Shown: positions 50,236-60,149, counted from the first letter of the stretch. The stretch: 64,000 bases of DNA from Chloroflexota bacterium (GCA_015222205.1 JADFUW010000001.1:44-64043), one strand, 5' to 3'. The notes: generated by a model not told the origin, from the sequence alone. Program-made: numbers and translations.

Positions 50236-51894
50236 TCATAAGTTCACCCTCTTGGATGGTATTCCTGCCTTACCTTTCCTGGTAGGCAGTTTCATATCGC
50301 TGGCAGCGGGTGAGGTCATAATCTTAGCTCCAAGCCGCTCTGAGCCTGAGCCTACCTCACTGGCGATGGTTAGCACCAGCAGACTAGCTAGGACGTCAAG
50401 TCCGGCGCCGTTATCGCTGGAGAAGAAGGCTTTATATAAAGTAGCTATATCCAGTCCTGAGCCGATATCAGGAAGGGCTATTTTTCTATTCAGCAGCTCG
50501 TCTATACCCGAGCCGGCCTCAGTGGTAGCTAGGGCAGAGATTAAACCGATAAAGGTGTCTAACCCGGAACCGGTTTCCGCTCTGGCTAAAGCGGCTAACA
50601 GGGTTAAGCTGGCATCACTACCCAGTCCGCTGTCGGTGTGATGCAGTAATCTAGCCAGTAAAGACTCACTACCGGTCACCGCCTCAGAGGCAGTTAGTAG
50701 CCGAGTAAGAAGTGATTCAACGCCTGAGCCTGAGTCAGAGCCAGTCTTTAGGGTTGGCTGAGCTAGCTCGGTGACAACATCTACCCCTGCCCCTGTTTCA
50801 CTACCTGTCAATATGGCAAGGAGCGCCACCAGGGCTTCCATCCCGGAGCCAACATCAGGGCGCTCGTGTAACGCACTTGGGTAATCGTTTTTGGTATCTG
50901 CCCCGTTGCCAGTATCAGATTTACTTAATGTGGCTAATGGATTACCTGAGATTTTGACATCTACCCCTGAGCCAGTATCAGAGGAGGTCTTTTCAGTAAT
51001 AGTTACCGCTGTGGCATACCCAACAAGGAAGAAGTCAACATCCAAATCTGATATTTTACCCTCAATTACCCTTGAGGCATCACATTCAACTACTCCCCAA
51101 TGGTGTTTATATGTGTGTTGGTATATATCTTCAGCAGTATCATCTTTTCGTAAACCATAACTGAGTTGCCATGCTCCTGTAACTTCTATAATACCCATCA
51201 AGGGGCTTGCATCAGGAAGGGCTGTGAGGTCTAACCATTCGTCAGTGTTACCTAGACTCAGGTCAGTAGCGTTAGTATTAAAGGTTGCTCCCTCAGTGAT
51301 ATACCCAGTTAACCAACAGTCTTGATTGATAAGTTCTATATATCCTTCACAAATTTGACCGGCATCACACCCGATAATGGCACTAAAACAACTATGTTGG
51401 TTAGCATAGAATGTTCTGTCGTCTGAACTACCATTCTTTCTAAAGCCAAACTCATTTACATGAGCATATACTTCAAATATCAAGCCTATAGCATTAGGAG
51501 CAGGTGTGGAGCAATCTATATCTGTCCATGCACCTGTATCATCTAATGACTTATCGGTGGCATTAGTGGCAAAGGTGACTCCAGCCATAGTGTAGCCAAC
51601 AACATAAATGTCAATGGAGCTGGTGCTTTCAACCCAGGCTTCAAAGATACGGCTGGCATCTACGCCAATCATTGCCCATGTATGGCTTTCTTCCCCAAAG
51701 TCGTAATGCCTATCATCCGTTGAGCCATTTTTTCTTAAGCCTACATACCTATCGGAGCCATAGGTACAAACAACATGCAGAATAACACCTGTAGCATCAG
51801 CAGGAATAGAACCACTAGCATCCATAGGTGTCCACTCTTTAGTAGCACCAGCTACAATCTCGGTTGGAGTAATTGGATAGAAGGTCTGAGCCAT
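50236..51894 (-). CDS. Putative virion fibre/spike protein
   Basis: Three ~95-aa repeats, then periodic (S/T)(D/E)xGxGx(D/E) motifs. Confidence 0.55.
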   Translation of the reverse strand: MAQTFYPITPTEIVAGATKEWTPMDASGSIPADATGVILHVVCTYGSDRYVGLRKNGSTDDRHYDFGEESHTWAMIGVDASRIFEAWVESTSSIDIYVVGYTMAGVTFATNATDKSLDDTGAWTDIDCSTPAPNAIGLIFEVYAHVNEFGFRKNGSSDDRTFYANQHSCFSAIIGCDAGQICEGYIELINQDCWLTGYITEGATFNTNATDLSLGNTDEWLDLTALPDASPLMGIIEVTGAWQLSYGLRKDDTAEDIYQHTYKHHWGVVECDASRVIEGKISDLDVDFFLVGYATAVTITEKTSSDTGSGVDVKISGNPLATLSKSDTGNGADTKNDYPSALHERPDVGSGMEALVALLAILTGSETGAGVDVVTELAQPTLKTGSDSGSGVESLLTRLLTASEAVTGSESLLARLLHHTDSGLGSDASLTLLAALARAETGSGLDTFIGLISALATTEAGSGIDELLNRKIALPDIGSGLDIATLYKAFFSSDNGAGLDVLASLLVLTIASEVGSGSERLGAKIMTSPAASDMKLPTRKGKAGIPSKRVNL

Positions 51895-52262
51895 TACATC
51901 ACCTGCATCGCTTTTTCTTTGACCTCAAGCAAAGGCTTCTTTAGTTCAGCCCTAATAAGATTGGTTCGCTCAATCTGCTCGTTAAGCCCATCCTCAACCT
52001 CAGTAAGCTGTTGCTCTGGGGTAACTTCCTCATACAAGCCTTGACTGATAGCCCAAGCCTTATAATCATTCCAAAGTTTAGACTTAGCTATCTTATAAGT
52101 CTCTTCTTCTTTAGCGGTTACACCAGTAGTCCTCTTCTTCTGGTAAAAGGCTGTGCTCAAGTTCTGGACGGCAATCTCATACTCGCTGTCCTTCTGAAGC
52201 TTGGCTTGGCGTTGTCCATCAGTTAAGCTAGATGGGCGTTTTGGGCGATAAATAGTCTCCAT
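51894..52262 (-). CDS. Hypothetical helical protein translationally coupled to the fibre gene
   Basis: TAATG overlap; GGAGG RBS. Confidence 0.6.
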   Translation of the reverse strand: METIYRPKRPSSLTDGQRQAKLQKDSEYEIAVQNLSTAFYQKKRTTGVTAKEEETYKIAKSKLWNDYKAWAISQGLYEEVTPEQQLTEVEDGLNEQIERTNLIRAELKKPLLEVKEKAMQVM

Positions 52263-52334
52263 AGAGCCTCCTCATGGGCAATAGGGAGTAGATAAAGCCT
52301 TAGCCGTCTCCTACCCCCTATTACCAGGTCTTTA

Positions 52335-52856
52335 TCAGCTTAGTGTTATGGATACCTCCAGAGTCCACGTGCCCGATGTTTTAGTGCCTAAGTCTTCTAC
52401 CTTACGGTTGAGGCACTTAGCGCTGGTTGATTGCTTAACCACCCATTCCTTCCAGGCGTAGTTAGCGTCGCCCGTTGCGAAGCTAGACTTGAAGGTTGCT
52501 TTCTGGCTGGTTGATGTCGGGTAGCCAGACTCCATGCCCTTATAGGTCTTGTTGCTGGCTGCTTGAAGGTCAGTCTGGGTAGCATCAGCGGCCGTATCCG
52601 AATCCCCAACGCCAATCTGGGCATGAGAATTGTCGTAAATGTGGTCAACACCAGAAACTATCCCAGTGATTAAGTCCCACATCTCGTCAATGCCTGAATT
52701 TAGGAGGCAATTTCCCTCGCCCTCTATAACCTCATAGGGCTTGAAGAGTTCGTGGAACTTAGTCTCCTCGCCTCTGGCACGGTAGGGCTCTATATCCTCG
52801 TGATACTTGCTGAGCCGGTATTGGCAGTGCCAGTTTGCTAGTTCTTGCTTTTTCAT
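52335..52856 (-). CDS. Phage structural protein (fibre-base/decoration-like)
   Basis: IGVGDS.TAA.ATQTDL...ANYAWKEW..LNRKV pattern; AGGAGG RBS; immediately follows the capsid gene. Confidence 0.6.
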   Translation of the reverse strand: MKKQELANWHCQYRLSKYHEDIEPYRARGEETKFHELFKPYEVIEGEGNCLLNSGIDEMWDLITGIVSGVDHIYDNSHAQIGVGDSDTAADATQTDLQAASNKTYKGMESGYPTSTSQKATFKSSFATGDANYAWKEWVVKQSTSAKCLNRKVEDLGTKTSGTWTLEVSITLS

Positions 52857-52932
52857 TGTTAACCTCCTATCTCCGATGTGATAGTTTCGTACATCCTTCT
52901 CTAGTATTACCCATAAAAGTGTGTCTGAAAAT

Positions 52933-53856
52933 TTAGTCGGTAACCCCAATCAGGGCGGCGGCCTTAACTGCTGAGAACAGTGCCAGGGAGCAATACCACT
53001 TAATCCTGGTTCGTGAGGCATCCTTGGTCTCCAGTGGCCCCACCGGCTCTACCTGCAAGTGTCCGGGGCTGGTTAAGCCGCAGAGGGCACCCTCTCCGAG
53101 CTGGATGGCATAGATGGTGGAACAGGTGCCACCGGTAGTCACGGTCTCCAGGCCTGATTCCAGGGTGTGAGTATCCAGAATCCAGTCATTAACCCCGATA
53201 GGGATGCCGTCCCAGAGCTGGATAAAGTTACCGAAGTTGTCCCGGTCCGTTACCATCATACCGGAGTTAGCTGTCCTGACTAGGGTGTTAATCTTCCGCC
53301 GGGTGCGCCGGCTCATCAGGAGTATAGCGGGTTTACCCCCCTTTATGGCGTCAACAAGCTCGTCTAGCTTGTCCAGGGTAAGGGTGGCTCCAGTATCTCC
53401 CATAGCTATCACCTGGTCGCTTGAGGTAGTGGTGTCAATAAGCAACCTTAGGCCGTCAAACTGCTTGGAATTGGTTACTGAATCTCCATAGATAAAGGTC
53501 TCCTCAAACTTATCCTTGAGTGCCTTGGCCTTGAGCTCAACAACCGCTCCCTCCAGATCCTGGAGATTACTGCGGGTAGCCTTGAGGAAATTATCAATAT
53601 CGGCATCTCCCCCCATAATCTTCAGGGTGGTTGTTATCTGCTCAAAGGTTGGGGTTGACTCTGCCCAGGTATCACCAACATCATAGAAATCAATCTCCGG
53701 CAGGGTCTTCTCCTGGTTGTAGGTCAGGCCGTTACCGGCAATTTCAATGAAGGGCAACCGTTGCAGTATGGGTGAATCCTTAATGATGGTCTCTACCACC
53801 CCTTGAAGTAGCATATCGTTGGACAATTTGGCGGCTTCGTCTAATGTTAGTGCCAT
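52933..53856 (-). CDS. Phage major capsid protein (HK97-fold type)
   Basis: SPILQRLPF, ETFIYGD...FDGL, LDELVD, LLMSR, WDGIPI, RTRIKWY; follows portal and scaffold. Confidence 0.88.
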   Translation of the reverse strand: MALTLDEAAKLSNDMLLQGVVETIIKDSPILQRLPFIEIAGNGLTYNQEKTLPEIDFYDVGDTWAESTPTFEQITTTLKIMGGDADIDNFLKATRSNLQDLEGAVVELKAKALKDKFEETFIYGDSVTNSKQFDGLRLLIDTTTSSDQVIAMGDTGATLTLDKLDELVDAIKGGKPAILLMSRRTRRKINTLVRTANSGMMVTDRDNFGNFIQLWDGIPIGVNDWILDTHTLESGLETVTTGGTCSTIYAIQLGEGALCGLTSPGHLQVEPVGPLETKDASRTRIKWYCSLALFSAVKAAALIGVTD

Positions 53857-53912
53857 TTATTTATTACCTCCTTTAGTGGAAACTTATTGTTGCGGGTTTA
53901 TGATTTCGTGTT

Positions 53913-54383
53913 TTATCGTTTGCTTCCTATTGCATATTGAATCTTCTCCCGTGGGGATAGACCAGAAAGGTCGGGTGGCGTCCGCTGTGGTGCTCCGACA
54001 GGAACCCTAACTGCCGAAATCTCAGCCTCCAGTCCCTGCCTAACCCGGGTTATCATGCCTTGAGCCTGCTGCAGTGACTCGTTGACCGAATCAATGCTGT
54101 CACCGCTGATAAGCTCCTCAAGCACTTCGGGGTGAGCCTCAATCACCACTTTCTTGTAGCTGGCTACTGCCTCAGCCAGAGAGTCATTCGTGGCTTTGAG
54201 CCTCTCATCTGACTGGGCTGTTGCCTGCTCCAGCTCGGTGATGCGGGCATTGGCTTTAGTTAGCGCCTCGTCCTTTTGGGCTATCAAGCCCTCAAGCTCA
54301 GCAATGCTGGATGCTTCGTTTGCCTCTGTCTCCTCCTCTTCGGGAATAGGGTCTTGACTTGGGTTTAGTTCATCATCAGCCAA
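53913..54383 (-). CDS. Putative capsid scaffolding protein
   Basis: Acidic N-terminus, coiled coil, C-terminal DLSGLSPREKI; located between portal and capsid. Confidence 0.65.
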   Translation of the reverse strand: MADDELNPSQDPIPEEEETEANEASSIAELEGLIAQKDEALTKANARITELEQATAQSDERLKATNDSLAEAVASYKKVVIEAHPEVLEELISGDSIDSVNESLQQAQGMITRVRQGLEAEISAVRVPVGAPQRTPPDLSGLSPREKIQYAIGSKR

Positions 54384-54401
54384 CTTTCGCTCTCCTTTAG
54401 G

Positions 54402-55790
54402 TTATTCCTCAATACCCTCTGCCGGGGACGGTATCGCTCTCCCTCTCGTTCCACTCCGGGCAGACTTGGTATTAAGCTCTTGGTTCATCCTGAGGATGAT
54501 TTCTCTCTCCTCAAGCCACCGGTTAAACTCTATCTCGGGGTCTTTGATGCCCAGCTCATCCATAGCCCGTTTTCGGGAATGGATACCATTCTGAATCAGT
54601 ATCTGCTCATTGGCTACCAGCCTCTCCATATCCCGGGGTAATACCGGACTCCAAACTATCCGCAAGCGGTTATCGCCGAAGTTCTCATTCTGATACTTCT
54701 CCAGAAGCTTAAGAATTAGCCGATTCCTTCGGTTATAGACGGTGGTTCTGATGAGCCGTTTTCGTTTCAGCTTCTGCAGCAGGGGCTGAAGCTCAATCTC
54801 AAGGGCGACCCCAGAGAGGTTCCGCTCGGTGCCACCAAAGGCAGACCGTGGTGATTCTGATATGTCGTGTAGGGTTCTATAGAGTAGGTTGATATAATCT
54901 ATGTGTAGCCCGACACCACCACCCTGAAGCAAATCCAGTAAGTAGGCTTTAGCGTCCTCAGGTATATTCCATACGGCACCTGGCTTAACAGCGATATCCT
55001 CGGATTCCTCCACATTCTCCAGTACAGCGACAGGGTTACCCGAAAGCTCCAGTATTCTTGATAACTGGCTCATGGCTCGGTTAAGCTCCCGCTGCGGTTC
55101 TAAAAGCTGAGATAAATCGGATATACCCCAGAATTTCTTGGGTTCCCTCAGGTTAGGGTAGATAATAAAGGGGATAAAGCCGTAGGGATTGGGTTTCTTC
55201 TCCACCAGGGCGTTGTCTAGCCATAGCTCGAATTCTTGAGCCGTCCATAGCTCAACGATGTTAGCTACTTTGCCCTTAGGTTTTACCTGATACAGGATTT
55301 CAGCTTCGTCGGCAGTCAGGCTGTATCTGGAGGCTACCCGCCACACCCGTGATGTATCGTCGCCTACCCACCAGGCATAGATGCCCTGGATATCAGGGGC
55401 AGTAATCCTGACCGCTTTTGATTCGGCATCCCAGATAACCTTAAAGCAGCCGTCACCCAGGATGGCGCAATCAATCTCAGTCTCAAAGTCAAGTTGCTCT
55501 AGGTTATTATCCTCATATACTTGATACAGGGCTTGCTCTGCCCTCTGGGCTCTAGCCCTGGCCTCATCCGAGTCCAGAGCTGGCTCAACAGTGAAGGTAA
55601 TACCGGGCATTAGATATGAGGTAATCTTATCTATAATTACCTTGGCATAGTTAAAGGTCAGGCGTTTCTCGCCTCGCCGGGCATAACCTTCCCAGTGCTG
55701 CCCATGGTAAAAATCAAGTAGTTCTTTGTAGCCCTTGAGCCGGTCGATATCACGACGATTTAGCTGTCCTGGAGTAAAGCCTTCATTCAT
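54402..55790 (-). CDS. Phage portal protein
   Basis: DFYHG.HW, NYAKVIIDK, AILGDG, NPYGFIPF, GISDL, SGVAL; 462 aa. Confidence 0.88.
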   Translation of the reverse strand: MNEGFTPGQLNRRDIDRLKGYKELLDFYHGQHWEGYARRGEKRLTFNYAKVIIDKITSYLMPGITFTVEPALDSDEARARAQRAEQALYQVYEDNNLEQLDFETEIDCAILGDGCFKVIWDAESKAVRITAPDIQGIYAWWVGDDTSRVWRVASRYSLTADEAEILYQVKPKGKVANIVELWTAQEFELWLDNALVEKKPNPYGFIPFIIYPNLREPKKFWGISDLSQLLEPQRELNRAMSQLSRILELSGNPVAVLENVEESEDIAVKPGAVWNIPEDAKAYLLDLLQGGGVGLHIDYINLLYRTLHDISESPRSAFGGTERNLSGVALEIELQPLLQKLKRKRLIRTTVYNRRNRLILKLLEKYQNENFGDNRLRIVWSPVLPRDMERLVANEQILIQNGIHSRKRAMDELGIKDPEIEFNRWLEEREIILRMNQELNTKSARSGTRGRAIPSPAEGIEE

Positions 55791-56097
55791 TTCTCACCCT
55801 CTTTAATGCTCTCTGTACTGTCCGCTGACTAATGCCAAACATCAAAGCCAGCTCTCTTATTCCCTTCCCCTCAGTGGTAAATAGCCTTAACATCTCCCTG
55901 TCTCGTAAACTTTTGATATAATGCTGCCTGCCTCCGGGTTCGTCATAGATGCACCTCTCAAAGGGGCAATTGAGGCAGGAATCGGCAAACTCGCAGCCGT
56001 CATCCTGATAGTGGCAATATTCAGGCGGCAAATCTAGCTCATCAAGAAAACCCTCGTTGTTTTCAGGCATGGTCTCGGTGCTTTCTTCTGGCTCCAT
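55783..56097 (-). CDS. Cys-cluster plus HTH regulator
   Basis: C-x6-C-x5-C-x2-C-x4-C followed by IRELALMFGISQRTVQRAL. Confidence 0.75.
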   Translation of the reverse strand: MEPEESTETMPENNEGFLDELDLPPEYCHYQDDGCEFADSCLNCPFERCIYDEPGGRQHYIKSLRDREMLRLFTTEGKGIRELALMFGISQRTVQRALKRVRNE

Positions 56098-56208
56098 AAC
56101 TCATCATCCCAAATAGCTTTTCGTTCTAACTTCATAGTTCGACCTGCCGAGAGGTTTTTTATTCTAACTTCGTAACTCATCTTGCCGAGAAGCCTTTCGT
56201 TGTTGCTT
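56095..56208. repeat. Three degenerate 38-bp tandem repeats
   Basis: Units at 56095-56132, 56133-56170 and 56171-56208. Confidence 0.75.
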
Positions 56209-56243
56209 CATAACCCAACTCCTCAAAAGTATTCGGTGATGCT

Positions 56244-56285
56244 AGATTAGCACATATGTTCTAATACCGTCAATAGTGTTTTGTC
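56244..56285 (-). promoter_or_regulatory. Promoter with LexA-box-like operator (structural operon)
   Basis: TTGACG-18-TAATCT (with TG extension) overlapped by TAGAACATATGTGCTA (56248-56263). Confidence 0.7.
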
Positions 56286-56408
56286 ATATTTTGACCTCAC
56301 CACTAATGTTGGTTTTATCATGGTTTGTCCTGCCTAACTCCGTGGCTTGACAAAAGCAGTTTTTTGCGCTATTATTGCTTTAATAAAGTAATATTTACAT
56401 TTAAGACT

Positions 56409-56615
56409 ATGACACCCTTGGATAATTATTTTAATGTGATAGAGGCCAGCCACCGTCTCAAGGTTCACCCGGAGACGGTAAAGCGGCTGTGTCGGCAGGG
56501 GGATTTGCCGGCGGTAAAGCTCCATAATACCTGGCTGATTAATCGGGATATCCTGGATAACTTCGCTGCTACCTATGTCCCCCAGCGTGGTGCCAGGAGA
56601 AGATTGATGAAATAG
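56409..56615 (+). CDS. Excisionase-like (HTH_17) DNA-binding protein
   Basis: VIEASHRLKVHPETVKRLCRQGDLPAVKL..TWLI. Confidence 0.85.
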   Translation: MTPLDNYFNVIEASHRLKVHPETVKRLCRQGDLPAVKLHNTWLINRDILDNFAATYVPQRGARRRLMK

Positions 56616-56703
56616 AAGGGAGCTAGAGGGGAGATTTATCGCTGCTCTAGAATAAGTCTCCCCTCGCCCTATAAACGGAGATTAAAAATGGGTAGGTTGC
56701 CGA

Positions 56704-58242
56704 ATGAAAAACAGTAGAATCTCACGCATTTTAGCTATAGCTTTTATCTTATCCTTGTTAGCCGTGCTTATACCAGCCACTCCAGTTCTGGCACAACCTG
56801 AGATTACCCTCTCTCCAACCTCTGGCTCAGTGGGCACCGAGGTTACTGTAACTGGAATAGACTTTGAGTCCTTTAAGGGGACTGAGGTCAGTGTCTTATT
56901 TGATAATGAGGAGATTGATAGCAGCCCCTTAACTATTCCTGAGAGTGGGACCTTCACCGTCAGTTTTGATGTTCCCGATGATGCTGAACCGGGAAGAGCC
57001 TATGTTAGGGTTAGAACCATGCTCGGTGGCGAAGCCAGGGAATCGTTTATTGTCCGGGAGCCTGAAATCGAGCTATCCGTCGGGGAGGGTACAGTGGGCA
57101 CGATGGTGACCATTGATGGCCATGGTTTTTATGCCCAGGGAACAGTGGTTCTTTACTACTACAAGGATGGTACTAGGGTCAGTGTGGGTGAAGTGGCGAC
57201 TACTCCAACCGGGGAGTTTACGTGTGCTATTACTGTTCCTGACAGCATTGCTGGGGACCATAAGATTATGGGTGAGGACGCACTGGACAACTCGGCTGAA
57301 GCCAGCTTTGAAGTGGTTCCTGCCATTACCTTAAGCTCGTCTTCGGGGGCTATGGGTGATGAGTTAACCGTCAGTGGTACTGGTTTCGGTAATAAGAGTG
57401 ATGTCACCATTTATTTTAATAATATTGTGATGGCTGGGGATACCGCTAATAAATACGGTAGTTTTGAAACCACTTTTAATGTGCCGACAATGGCATCAGG
57501 TAGCTATGATATCAAGGCGGAGGATGATGCTGACAACACTGGTAAGGCAGAGTTTACGGTCGTTGCTGGCGCTAGCCTCAGCCAATCTACGGGTGATGTC
57601 GGCACACCACTCATAGTTAGTGGTGTTGGTTTTATGGCTGGTGCGCCGGTGGCTATTACCTATGATGACCTTGAAGTAGTCACGGCTGTTGCTGGTAATA
57701 ACGGAGCCTTTTCATCTGCCTTTAATGTCCCGCCCAGTATTGGTGGTAATCACACTATAACCGTTACTGATGGCACCAACACGGCGACATGTATCTTTAC
57801 TATGGAAGCAGAGGCACCGTTAACACCAGCGCTGCTCTTACCGGAAGACAGCACTAAAGCCGGGGCAGCGGCAAGCTTTGACTGGGAGGATGTTACCGAC
57901 CCCAGTGGCGTGACCTATACCCTTCAGGTGGCTACTAAAGACGATTTTACGGTGTCTTCTATAGTGCTGGAGAAGACAGGGCTTGCTGATTCTGAATATG
58001 CCGTTGCTGATGAAGAGGAGCTGGAGCCAAGCACTAAGGAGTCCCCTTACTACTGGCGGGTAAAGGCGGTTGATAGTGCTTCTAACGAGAGTGAGTGGTC
58101 GAGTGTCAGGTCATTCTATGTTGGCTCTTCCTTTACCCTGCCGAACACAGTTAGGAACATATTGATAGGGGTCGCTATCGGGGCGGCTGTTTTCTTTGGC
58201 TTCTGGCTGGGCAGGAGGACTGCCTACTCTCGGCGGGTATAA
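56704..58242 (+). CDS. IPT/TIG-repeat cell-surface protein
   Basis: Signal peptide; repeated ITLSPTSG.VG..VTV.G.GF units; FN3-like YYWRVKAVD; C-terminal TM plus basic tail. Confidence 0.85.
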   Translation: MKNSRISRILAIAFILSLLAVLIPATPVLAQPEITLSPTSGSVGTEVTVTGIDFESFKGTEVSVLFDNEEIDSSPLTIPESGTFTVSFDVPDDAEPGRAYVRVRTMLGGEARESFIVREPEIELSVGEGTVGTMVTIDGHGFYAQGTVVLYYYKDGTRVSVGEVATTPTGEFTCAITVPDSIAGDHKIMGEDALDNSAEASFEVVPAITLSSSSGAMGDELTVSGTGFGNKSDVTIYFNNIVMAGDTANKYGSFETTFNVPTMASGSYDIKAEDDADNTGKAEFTVVAGASLSQSTGDVGTPLIVSGVGFMAGAPVAITYDDLEVVTAVAGNNGAFSSAFNVPPSIGGNHTITVTDGTNTATCIFTMEAEAPLTPALLLPEDSTKAGAAASFDWEDVTDPSGVTYTLQVATKDDFTVSSIVLEKTGLADSEYAVADEEELEPSTKESPYYWRVKAVDSASNESEWSSVRSFYVGSSFTLPNTVRNILIGVAIGAAVFFGFWLGRRTAYSRRV

Positions 58243-58400
58243 TCTTTAGGCTCTTTTACAAAACATATTAACTTACTTTATAATATAGGGGATTAGGGGA
58301 GTATGAGGGAACAGCTTATCTTGAGAAATAGCCTAACTTCCTCTATAATTTAACGTTATATGATATAGTGATATAGGGAAATACAGGAGGTAAGTTTCTG

Positions 58401-60056
58401 GTGAAGTATACTAAAAAAATCTACCGGGCACTGGTTATAGGTGTTATCCTTTCACTATTGGTGATAGTTATACCTGCCTCCCCAGCCCTGGCGGCTAGGG
58501 AGATTGACCTAGATACCGACGAGGGTGACATTGGCGACTATATTGATATTGATGGCAATGATTGGCCCCCCAGTGACCCTGGCGCAGACCCGCCATATTA
58601 TAAATATGTTGATATATATTTTACTTCGGATGAAGCGGTAAAGGGTGATGACATTGACGACGAGGTTGAGATCTACGAGCTTGTGGAAGAGAAACTTCAG
58701 GTTGATACAAGTGGTGACTTTGGTGCCCGTTTCAGAGCGCCGGATGAACTTACCGATGGCAGTCCGGACGAAGATGTGCGTGGTGGCACCTATTATGTCT
58801 GTGTTACCTATTGGGATGATGAAGACATTAAAGCTGTCGCCGATTACACTGTAATTGCGGGTAAGATTACTAAGTTTTCCCCCGATGAGGGTCCGGTAGG
58901 CACTGAGGTGGAGATTAACGGTGAGGACTTTGGCGATGGTGAAGACATTACTATAAAGTATGATGGTGATACGTTGGACATAGAAAGTGGCGATGATGCA
59001 GCCGATAGCAGTGGTGATGTTGACTGCACCATCATCATTCCGGAAAGTATTGCCGGCGACCATACACTCACTATCAGTGATGAGTCTCTCTCCGAGGTTG
59101 AAGAGGTATTTACCGTGGAGCCGGAGATAACCATCAGCCCTACCCAGGCACCACCCGGCGATACGGCAACAGTTACCGGGACCGGTTACGGAAAGAAAGT
59201 AGACGTGGATATCACCCTTGATGGTGATGTTGTGGCTACTAAGACAACCGATAGTGACGGTGGCTTCACCGTCAGCTTTGAGGTTCCCGAGGTGGATGAA
59301 GGTGACTATGAGGTTACCGCGGAGGATGAGGATAATAATGATGCTACGGTAGATTTCACCGTGGAGAAGGGTATTGAGGTCAGCGCCAGCGTGACTACCG
59401 GTCATGTCGGCAGTGAGATAACCATCAGCGGCTTTGGCTTCAAGGCTAACTCCCCGATAACTATCACCTATACCAGTGAGCCGGTTGTGTTTACTACCAC
59501 CAGTGATGCCGATGGGGTTTTCACCTACACCTTTGATGTTCCCCAGAGCGGGGCTGGTGCGCATACGATAACGGCTACTGATGGCACCGATACCTTGCAG
59601 GTTTCATTTACTATGGAGTCGCAGGCGCCATCAATACCAGCGCCGCTATTACCAGAGATGGATACTAAGGCTGAGGCGCTAGCAGAGTTTGACTGGGAAA
59701 GTGTTACTGACGACAGCGGGGTGACCTATACCCTCCAGATTGCTACCAGTGAGGATTTTACGGCCTCTTCTATAGTGCTGGAAAAGACGGGCCTTGCTTC
59801 TTCTGAGTACACCCTTACTAAAGAAGAAGCCCTGGAGTCAACGGCAAAGGAAGACCCCTACTACTGGAGACTAAAGGCAGTTGATGGTGCCTCCAATGAG
59901 AGTGGCTGGACAGGCGTTGGGTCATTCTATGTTAGCTCTTCCTTGTTTGACCTATCCGGTAAGTCCTGGCTGATACATCTGTGGTGGGGTTTAGGGGCTT
60001 TGGGTGCTGGTTTTGCTGGCTACTTCGTGGGTAAGAGACGGTCGTATTACTATTAA
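58401..60056 (+). CDS. IPT/TIG-repeat cell-surface protein (paralog)
   Basis: Same architecture; FDWE.VTD.SGVTYTLQ and YYWR.KAVD.ASNES.W shared with the upstream gene. Confidence 0.85.
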   Translation: MKYTKKIYRALVIGVILSLLVIVIPASPALAAREIDLDTDEGDIGDYIDIDGNDWPPSDPGADPPYYKYVDIYFTSDEAVKGDDIDDEVEIYELVEEKLQVDTSGDFGARFRAPDELTDGSPDEDVRGGTYYVCVTYWDDEDIKAVADYTVIAGKITKFSPDEGPVGTEVEINGEDFGDGEDITIKYDGDTLDIESGDDAADSSGDVDCTIIIPESIAGDHTLTISDESLSEVEEVFTVEPEITISPTQAPPGDTATVTGTGYGKKVDVDITLDGDVVATKTTDSDGGFTVSFEVPEVDEGDYEVTAEDEDNNDATVDFTVEKGIEVSASVTTGHVGSEITISGFGFKANSPITITYTSEPVVFTTTSDADGVFTYTFDVPQSGAGAHTITATDGTDTLQVSFTMESQAPSIPAPLLPEMDTKAEALAEFDWESVTDDSGVTYTLQIATSEDFTASSIVLEKTGLASSEYTLTKEEALESTAKEDPYYWRLKAVDGASNESGWTGVGSFYVSSSLFDLSGKSWLIHLWWGLGALGAGFAGYFVGKRRSYYY

Positions 60057-60080
60057 GCTAATTAAGATATGGTAATCGCA

Positions 60081-60149
60081 CCCCCTCTCCTTCCAAAGGG
60101 GAGGGGGTATTTATTATAAAAGAAGGGCGCCAGCCCCTCTTAAACTCCC
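60081..60149. repeat. REP-like repeat; its distal part is repeated at 61905-61946
   Basis: tatttattataaaagaagggc is identical at 60108-60128 and 61905-61925. Confidence 0.8.

Noticed and set aside
50236-51894. Diversity-generating retroelement target
   Set aside because: No reverse transcriptase and no adenine-specific template/variable repeat pair seen
52933-53856. Encapsulin nanocompartment
   Set aside because: The linked portal, scaffold and terminase indicate DNA packaging, and no cargo enzyme is adjacent
56095-56208. CRISPR array (also considered for 49165-49314)
   Set aside because: Contiguous degenerate tandem units with no unique spacers and no cas genes
58509-59564. 351-aa antisense ORF
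   Set aside because: Shadow of the codon-biased IPT/TIG gene on the opposite strand
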